Under the pieces are notes generated by a model, which saw only the letters and a list, made by a program, of their open reading frames with translations, was not told the origin of the DNA and searched no databases. This document shows, one piece after another, positions 8,524 through 13,905 of a stretch of 28,016 nucleotides of DNA. Position numbers and translations under genes: made by a program. Source of the stretch: an uncultured virus (IMG/VR IMGVR_UViG_3300048503_000010) (lineage: Duplodnaviria > Heunggongvirae > Uroviricota > Caudoviricetes); IMG/VR virus record IMGVR_UViG_3300048503_000010, positions 62,001-90,016 of that record. One strand, written 5' to 3'. Position 1 is the first letter of the stretch. Each line of letters begins with the position of its first letter.

Positions 8524-8548
8524 CTACAAAACTATTACTGACAACTTG

Positions 8549-8917
8549 TTAGGCGATAACCTGTAACCTGCGATCTCCGGAACTCCACATAGCCTCCCGA
8601 ACTAAGCGGGGCATAATGACACAACCTTCACTGGCCGCACCGGGGTGAACAACACTATCTCCATGACAAAGGAATCCGCTGCGTCCCTCCATATCGTTTG
8701 CTGCATCTGGTGTTAGCCGCATGACAAATGGACCATGTTCTGTGGTATTAAAAGGCGGTCCTTCAATGGTGTAAAAACCTTCTGGAATTGGACCTACATC
8801 CTTCACGAATTGCTCTGCTGGATTATCATATCCAACACCCTGCATACCACTGTAACCTTTGCCAAATGGCTGACTATTTAAGGTCAACTCACCTGTACTT
8901 TGTTTGTATGTAAACAT
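8549..8917 (-). CDS. Tlde1/DUF2778-type L,D-transpeptidase/carboxypeptidase-like protein
   Basis: YxQSTG, GYSG, GPIPxGxY, RSGFLCHGDS...ASEGCVI; AAGGAG SD; no signal peptide. Confidence 0.88.
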   Translation of the reverse strand: MFTYKQSTGELTLNSQPFGKGYSGMQGVGYDNPAEQFVKDVGPIPEGFYTIEGPPFNTTEHGPFVMRLTPDAANDMEGRSGFLCHGDSVVHPGAASEGCVIMPRLVREAMWSSGDRRLQVIA

Positions 8918-8970
8918 TATTTCTCCTTAAAATTTGGCATCTTGAATCATCTACTAACCGTTCGTTCATT

Positions 8971-9045
8971 TGGCATACTCATAAGGATTCGAACCCTAAC
9001 CTCAACGTGTTGGAGACGTGCATCATGCCGTTAGACCATGAGTAT
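8971..9045 (-). tRNA. tRNA-Trp (CCA)
   Basis: Acceptor ATACTCA/TGAGTAT, G73, encoded CCA end, anticodon loop CT-CCA-AC, T-loop TTCGAAT. Confidence 0.9.
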
Positions 9046-9048
9046 GTT

Positions 9049-9124
9049 TGGCTCCGGGAAAAGGACTTCAACCTTCACACTTTCGCTTACAGGGCGAATG
9101 CTCTAGCAATTGAGCTATCCCGGA
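9049..9124 (-). tRNA. Atypical tRNA, anticodon UGU (Thr) with C33, on a U1-A72/G73 body
   Basis: TCCGGGA/TCCCGGA-G-CCA; D stem GCTC/GAGC; anticodon stem TTCGC/GCGAA with loop CCTGTAA; T-loop TTGAAGT. Confidence 0.75.
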
Positions 9125-9146
9125 TTAACTTCCGTGCTGTCCTTTC

Positions 9147-9221
9147 TGGCTCCGGGTCAGAGACTCGAACTCCGATTCACGGGTTCAAGGCCCGGTGTCC
9201 TAACCATTGAACGAACCCGAA
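9147..9221 (-). tRNA. tRNA-Gln (UUG) with C33
   Basis: TTCGGGT/ACCCGGA-G-CCA; loop CC-TTG-AA; T arm CGGAG-TTCGAGT-CTCTG. Confidence 0.85.
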
Positions 9222-9265
9222 GTATATAATACCAGTTGGTAAAAGACGCGTATCATATACCAATT

Positions 9266-9460
9266 CTACAAATTCTCATACTCAGAAATGTCTGGATGGA
9301 AAGGCCATTGCAATGCAGGAGCAGTTACTGTTCCATCCTTCTTAGTATGGGGAACATAGTGACCATAATTGTTAGCTAAATCTCGGTAGTAGTCTCCGAG
9401 AATTTCCCTGTCTCTAACCCTCGTACAGCGTACCGACTTATTCTCTTCTGGTTTTCCCAT
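9266..9460 (-). CDS. Small hypothetical protein within the tRNA cluster
   Basis: 64-aa ORF with GAGGAG SD. Confidence 0.55.
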   Translation of the reverse strand: MGKPEENKSVRCTRVRDREILGDYYRDLANNYGHYVPHTKKDGTVTAPALQWPFHPDISEYENL

Positions 9461-9588
9461 GCTCCTCTTTCTCCACTAACGACATCATATGTTTCAAACA
9501 CACCACACTTACAAAATATAAGAATTTTGTAATAGGGCGGTCCCGGCATTTCGTAACCTACTTTTGTGTCAAAAACATGCTTATGCAT
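9376..9588 (-). CDS. Small hypothetical protein (HxH...CxCG, possible Zn site)
   Basis: ATG 9588 after GGGAG, just downstream of tRNA-Ala. The track start at 9642 lies inside the tRNA. Confidence 0.55.
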   Translation of the reverse strand: MHKHVFDTKVGYEMPGPPYYKILIFCKCGVFETYDVVSGERGAWENQKRISRYAVRGLETGKFSETTTEI

Positions 9589-9606
9589 ACTTCTCCCTGA
9601 TAGTTT

Positions 9607-9682
9607 TGGTGGAAGTGACAGGGATCGAACCTGCGACCTCAAGTATGCAAAACTTGCGCTCTCCCAACTGAGCTACACTCCC
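9607..9682 (-). tRNA. tRNA-Ala (UGC)
   Basis: GGGAGTG/CACTTCC with G3:U70, A73, encoded CCA, loop TT-TGC-AT. Confidence 0.95.
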
Positions 9683-9697
9683 ACTCCCACTAAGAAC

Positions 9698-9726
9698 ATT
9701 ATACCACGGACCTACTTATCTGTCAA
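9698..9726 (-). promoter_or_regulatory. Consensus sigma70 promoter for the tRNA cluster
   Basis: TTGACA-17 nt-TATAAT with extended -10 TG, 15 nt upstream of tRNA-Ala. Confidence 0.85.
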
Positions 9727-9727
9727 G

Positions 9728-10519
9728 CTATAGACCTTTTAGACCGATAAACAATCCAGAAACAAACCCTGTTCCAAAGCCCCAAGCAAATGTTTTCAAA
9801 CGACTCTTACGGGCCGCAGCCTTAAGAGAATTTACCTGTGCCGTGCATGATTTTGTCTGATCTACTAACTCTGTCTTTAAATCAGTAACCGCAGTTTGTC
9901 CTTGCAAAATTAACGCCGATGCTTTTCCTGATTGCACATTTAAATCGTCCACCTGTGCCTGTGTCGATTGAAGGTTTGCTTGTAGAACCGGAACAGAATC
10001 AAGTTGGTTTACAGTTGCTATCGCCGCATCATCTGTTACAGTTGTCCCTGATATATTCGAGACAACTTCTGTAGAAGGCTTATTAATGTCCGCTGCCCAA
10101 TGTGTTGCAAGAGCCGTCGGAGCAAGCGTGGCATTTGTAGCCTGCTGCTGGACCAATACCTTATTCCTGCTAGAAATAGCTGCCGAAAGCTGTGCATTCT
10201 GCACTACCTCAGCATTTAATGCCGTTTGATAGTCCTTTAGGGTTGTAGCGGCCTGAGACAAAGCTTGGTCAGTCGCAGTCTTCTGTGTAGCAAGGGTTGC
10301 AAGAGCAACCTGCTGCTTTTTAGAATCCACACCGTCAACATAAGAAAAGTATTTCTGAGCAAGAAACACTGCTAGGACTAAAGCTAGAAAAACAATAATT
10401 AGTGTAGTGTGTTTTTGAAGCCATGTCTGACTAGCCACTGCTGCTACTGGTGCTGCTGGTGTGACTACTGCCGCCTTTGTCGCCGTAACGACTACTGGTG
10501 TTACCGCTGGTGTTACCAT
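9728..10519 (-). CDS. Membrane-anchored coiled-coil protein, spanin-like candidate
   Basis: N-terminal TM (LIIVFLALVLAVFLA), long Ala/Gln/Thr helical region, C-terminal hydrophobic GxxxG segment; AAGGAG SD. Confidence 0.6.
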   Translation of the reverse strand: MVTPAVTPVVVTATKAAVVTPAAPVAAVASQTWLQKHTTLIIVFLALVLAVFLAQKYFSYVDGVDSKKQQVALATLATQKTATDQALSQAATTLKDYQTALNAEVVQNAQLSAAISSRNKVLVQQQATNATLAPTALATHWAADINKPSTEVVSNISGTTVTDDAAIATVNQLDSVPVLQANLQSTQAQVDDLNVQSGKASALILQGQTAVTDLKTELVDQTKSCTAQVNSLKAAARKSRLKTFAWGFGTGFVSGLFIGLKGL

Positions 10520-10634
10520 ACCGATCTCCTTCTAGTTTCTTCATTAAGAAAAAATTACCTGCCCATAACTTACCAGCCCACTCTTCAATCTGGCTCCATG
10601 GTCCATAATATTCTTTACTTGACTGCTTTTCCAT
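10431..10634 (-). CDS. Small hypothetical protein
   Basis: GAGGG SD; fills the gap but overlaps the downstream gene by 89 nt. Confidence 0.45.
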   Translation of the reverse strand: MEKQSSKEYYGPWSQIEEWAGKLWAGNFFLMKKLEGDRYGNTSGNTSSRYGDKGGSSHTSSTSSSSG

Positions 10635-10764
10635 TTTTCACCCTCTTAGGTAACTTTTTGCCCTTTGTTGGATCAAGCCACTCTTTCTTAACTTTTTCCT
10701 TTCCTCCAAACTCTTTTTGGTGGGTCATTATGTACCCTATTTGTGCCTTCGATTTTGCTGGCAT
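10615..10764 (-). CDS. Small basic phage protein MPAKSKAQ...EW...KGKKLPKRV (49 aa); not in ORF track
   Basis: AAGGAG SD. The MP-x-KSKAQ...LP-x-RV pattern is recalled from a common small phage protein family. Confidence 0.75.
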   Translation of the reverse strand: MPAKSKAQIGYIMTHQKEFGGKEKVKKEWLDPTKGKKLPKRVKNGKAVK

Positions 10765-11203
10765 TATTCTCCTTGATAATTCCACTTAACTTATCTAAAA
10801 AATCCGCATACCATGATGGGTCTATTACATTACCATCCTCATCATACAGTAACGGCCTATCGTCAATCAAGTTCCCGGTTGCTTGTGTGTCTAGAAGTAT
10901 AGCAATACAAGCAAGCGCATGGCCGAGATGGTGAACCTTGCTATCTCTGGCGCACTCTTCACCTTCAAACCAACAATCTAGATGACGCCTCGCCGCATCA
11001 ACATAAATACTAGCTTGGACTGACTTATCCCTGAAATTATACGGCCCGTATTTTCCGGCACCGTCCATCATTGCCATTGCTCCCCACGCTGTAGCAATTG
11101 CAGGAAGCTTTGTCAATGAAACTTTTTTACTACCTATAACATCCTTAGGATTAGGTCCGTCTGCTTTCGACTTTGGACTAATCCTGACATTCTTCTTTGG
11201 CAT
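10688..11203 (-). CDS. dATP/dGTP diphosphohydrolase domain protein (DUF5664-like)
   Basis: GAGKYGPYNFR...YVDAARRHL...EGE...DSKVHHLGHALACIAILLD; start MPKKN after GAGGAG. Confidence 0.88.
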   Translation of the reverse strand: MPKKNVRISPKSKADGPNPKDVIGSKKVSLTKLPAIATAWGAMAMMDGAGKYGPYNFRDKSVQASIYVDAARRHLDCWFEGEECARDSKVHHLGHALACIAILLDTQATGNLIDDRPLLYDEDGNVIDPSWYADFLDKLSGIIKENNASKIEGTNRVHNDPPKRVWRKGKS

Positions 11204-11384
11204 ATCTTGAAAATCTCCTCGCAATCTTCTCCAAAATATTATTCCACCAGTACCAACGTACTGCATATACTTTTACAGCATCTCTTGCCATAAGCATATA
11301 CTTATGACCATCATCGTGTATGAATAGTTCATGAACATCAATGTTACAGAAAAGAGAACTAGGACGAAAATCAACGATATTCAA
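11178..11384 (-). CDS. Small hypothetical protein, paralog of the upstream gene
   Basis: VDFxP...DGHxY...AVRWYW motif. Confidence 0.65.
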   Translation of the reverse strand: MNIVDFRPSSLFCNIDVHELFIHDDGHKYMLMARDAVKVYAVRWYWWNNILEKIARRFSRYAKEECQD

Positions 11385-11553
11385 CTATTTTCTCCCCAAT
11401 TTCTTTAACCCAGTCATACAGCCTGTCGAACCAATAATAACGCTCAACAGCAATGGCTGTTTTTACTTTCTTAGTAATTCGATAGTTATGACCATCAACT
11501 TTAATAATGTCTCCAACGCTTGCTAGGGGATCAAAGTCTACTGTTTTCATCAT
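11371..11553 (-). CDS. Small hypothetical protein, paralog of the downstream gene
   Basis: VDFxP...DGHxY...AVERYYW motif; AGGAG SD. Confidence 0.7.
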   Translation of the reverse strand: MMKTVDFDPLASVGDIIKVDGHNYRITKKVKTAIAVERYYWFDRLYDWVKEIGEKIVEYR

Positions 11554-11726
11554 TTATCGCTCCTCTCTTTGGATTTCTCCTCACGATCCAAAATACCGCC
11601 CAAATTTATAAGAACGGTTCCAGCACATGAAGGACAAGCCCACACCGCATCTGAAACCATTTTACAGTTTACACATAGCACAGCCAGTGATAGTGGAATA
11701 GCTTGCATACTCATTACGTTTCCCAC
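11550..11726 (-). CDS. Small zinc-ribbon protein (CVNC...CPSC)
   Basis: Two CxxC pairs; start at GTG 11726 (AAAGGGG SD) or ATG 11714. Confidence 0.65.
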   Translation of the reverse strand: MGNVMSMQAIPLSLAVLCVNCKMVSDAVWACPSCAGTVLINLGGILDREEKSKERSDK

Positions 11727-11745
11727 GGTACCCCTTTCTACAGCA

Positions 11746-12954
11746 TCACACAAACCTTTTTTCGTAATATTTCCTGTCAAAAAACGGGTGCCATTCAACG
11801 GCAAAACCAGAAATTGCCCCGTGCTCATCCTGCTTAATTTTAACAACCGAGTATCCAACATGTGCCTGCAACCTCTTCTTACGCATAAACATGGACTGAT
11901 CAGTAGTACATCCACCTTGTAAAGTATGAACTTCCCTCGGATAGCCATAATTGAATTTATGATAGTGCCCAACAAGTTCAACTTGAGGCTTTTCCCCTCC
12001 TTGATAAGACTCTACACGCTTCTGGTCAGTATATGAGATTGCATAAGCCGACCCTCCTCCGGGATGAACAATGCGCATAACAGAAGAACCAGAGCCAAAC
12101 TGCAATTCAACATCGGCCTCCCCATACCCTAAGTACTTAAGATCATAACGGCCAGCTTCTTCCGCCCTCATCTGAAGATAACGCCCTATTTCTACACCCT
12201 CACGTTGCTGATACCATCCTTCATGATCGTCACCGGCAATATAATGAGTTTCAATTCCGTCTCGTACAGGCCAATTATCAATAAGATAATCAAGTTGATG
12301 ATCCATTCCGGGAGCAGTTATCAACTCTGTCTTATTAAACCTAGCCTCCCCATCAATCCAGTTTCCAGCATTGAAAACAGTAGTAATACCCTCATTCTCA
12401 AAATGGTCATATGCTGCATTTAAAACATCTAAACGGGAATGTTTGCTGCACAAATGATTATCTGTAGTGAATCCAAAAATATGCGTCCACTCATCCTTGG
12501 TTCCATGAACTGCGCTCTTCCCCGGTTCTAACAGAAAACTTTCATTCAAGTTGTGAAGTCCGCCAACTGTGGTGAACAACATTGCACCGCGATCTTTCAT
12601 TTCTTCAATAGCTTCTACTACCCGCTCTGGAGAACAGTTCAAAGCTTCCGCGAGAGCCTCTGTAGACCTTGGACCATCACGAAGTAAACGTCGAACATCT
12701 TCATACTGAAAAGACTTTACAGCCTCATCACTTGCTCCTAAACTATTATCAACAACTTCTTCCTCCTGAGATGGAATAGCCGCTGCTACAAACGCCTTAA
12801 ATGTTGGAAAGGATTCACTCCATACCTTCTCCGGGAATGAACCATGGTGCCTGTAAAAATCTCTGGTTACGGTTTTATGCTTGTGAAGAAGCTTTTGCAT
12901 ATCTTCAACCAGTGCGTCCTGCTGCAAAATCTGCGTATCCTGTACTTTACTCAT
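11746..12954 (-). CDS. Calcineurin-like metallophosphoesterase with N-terminal helical and wHTH modules
   Basis: DNH, AGNWIDG, AGDDHE, VHPGGG, GHYH motifs; HTH-like STEALAEALNCSPERVVEAIEEM; ATG 12954 after GGAGG. Confidence 0.85.
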   Translation of the reverse strand: MSKVQDTQILQQDALVEDMQKLLHKHKTVTRDFYRHHGSFPEKVWSESFPTFKAFVAAAIPSQEEEVVDNSLGASDEAVKSFQYEDVRRLLRDGPRSTEALAEALNCSPERVVEAIEEMKDRGAMLFTTVGGLHNLNESFLLEPGKSAVHGTKDEWTHIFGFTTDNHLCSKHSRLDVLNAAYDHFENEGITTVFNAGNWIDGEARFNKTELITAPGMDHQLDYLIDNWPVRDGIETHYIAGDDHEGWYQQREGVEIGRYLQMRAEEAGRYDLKYLGYGEADVELQFGSGSSVMRIVHPGGGSAYAISYTDQKRVESYQGGEKPQVELVGHYHKFNYGYPREVHTLQGGCTTDQSMFMRKKRLQAHVGYSVVKIKQDEHGAISGFAVEWHPFFDRKYYEKRFV

Positions 12955-12991
12955 TCTCCTCCGATTTGGTCCGAACTTCAATCATGTTCTT

Positions 12992-13020
12992 ATTGTAGCA
13001 CTAAACAGACTTCTTGTCAA
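12992..13020 (-). promoter_or_regulatory. sigma70 promoter overlapping the stop codon of the upstream gene
   Basis: TTGACA-17 nt-TACAAT with extended -10 TG. Confidence 0.75.
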
Positions 13021-13471
13021 GCCCTTTCTTGGACTTTTTTGCTGCGGACCTCTTCTGCACCGTAGGTTTACTCTTCGCCCTCACAGACGCTTGGGGCATA
13101 GACTGGAAAAGTGTGGGCAGTAAAAACGACCTCAAATCACTGCGCAACTCCTTGACTTCCGCAACGAATGCAACAGTTTGTTGCGCAGTACCTTTACTAA
13201 AGATGTCCGTCTGTTTTGCCATACCATCACTGAAAATTTCTGTCTGTTTTGATAAATTCTGACCAAGAAGATTTGTTTGGTTTTCTACATCTTTTCGTAG
13301 GCCATTAGTGCTTTCATTAAGTGAATGTACTCTCTCTTTTAAATATACTAAAGTTTCTTTCGACCACGTGACTACTTTAAATGCTCCCCAAATCAGAGCA
13401 ATCACAGGCACCCAATATTTCGCAATCTCATATACGAGTACAAGACCCGCTAATGTGATAGGCTCTGCCAT
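13001..13471 (-). CDS. Membrane protein with coiled coil and basic tail; holin-like candidate
   Basis: Hydrophobic N-terminus, 11-aa repeats, Lys-rich C-terminus; follows the cell-wall-hydrolase-like gene. Confidence 0.55.
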   Translation of the reverse strand: MAEPITLAGLVLVYEIAKYWVPVIALIWGAFKVVTWSKETLVYLKERVHSLNESTNGLRKDVENQTNLLGQNLSKQTEIFSDGMAKQTDIFSKGTAQQTVAFVAEVKELRSDLRSFLLPTLFQSMPQASVRAKSKPTVQKRSAAKKSKKGLDKKSV

Positions 13472-13494
13472 TTTTATCTCCTATTAAAATACTA

Positions 13495-13905
13495 CTACAC
13501 GAAAAATGTTAAAGAATTAAGATCAGCTACTCGTCGGTGAATTTCTAAATGATCTAAAATTTTCTCCTGAAACCACGGGTTTGTCACTGGCTCCGCAAGG
13601 TCTACGAAATAAACTGCCCCATTGGAAAGATCTGGAGAAGAGGAATCAAACACCCCTTCCACTGCGTGCAAAAGTTTGATGAATACGGGATCCCAAAGCA
13701 AAGGCATCTCATCTGATTTTTCCACGATAGCAGACTTTAGTGGCATGTCATGAATAACTTCTAACCAACTCCCCCAACCAAGTTTTACTCTGTTTGCGAT
13801 AACGTTCATTATGGCTGTAGAAGCAAGGTGTCCACCATACTTGTGCCCTGCTCTCCAGCCATACATGACGAGTTGCCCTTTCAAAAAGTCGTCTTGTCTT
13901 AACAT
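13495..13905 (-). CDS. SleB/Hydrolase_2-like cell wall hydrolase homolog, catalytic Glu apparently absent
   Basis: AIMNVIANRV, DLSNGAVYF, PWF and RVADLNSLTFF match the SleB pattern. WRAG sits where WxEA is expected. Confidence 0.7.
   Translation of the reverse strand: MLRQDDFLKGQLVMYGWRAGHKYGGHLASTAIMNVIANRVKLGWGSWLEVIHDMPLKSAIVEKSDEMPLLWDPVFIKLLHAVEGVFDSSSPDLSNGAVYFVDLAEPVTNPWFQEKILDHLEIHRRVADLNSLTFFV

Noticed and set aside
8466..8548. Cobalamin riboswitch upstream of nrdJ
   Set aside because: The gap is only 83 nt and has no B12-box; only a simple hairpin is present.
8935..8970. Fifth tRNA remnant ending in GCCA on the - strand
   Set aside because: It is too short, with no T-arm or acceptor pairing.
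8971..9045. Suppressor tRNA or stop-codon recoding
   Set aside because: The anticodon is CCA (Trp). Genes are intact in code 11, and TAG and TGA both serve as stops.
9007..9210. + strand 67-aa ORF
   Set aside because: It is antisense to three tRNA genes.
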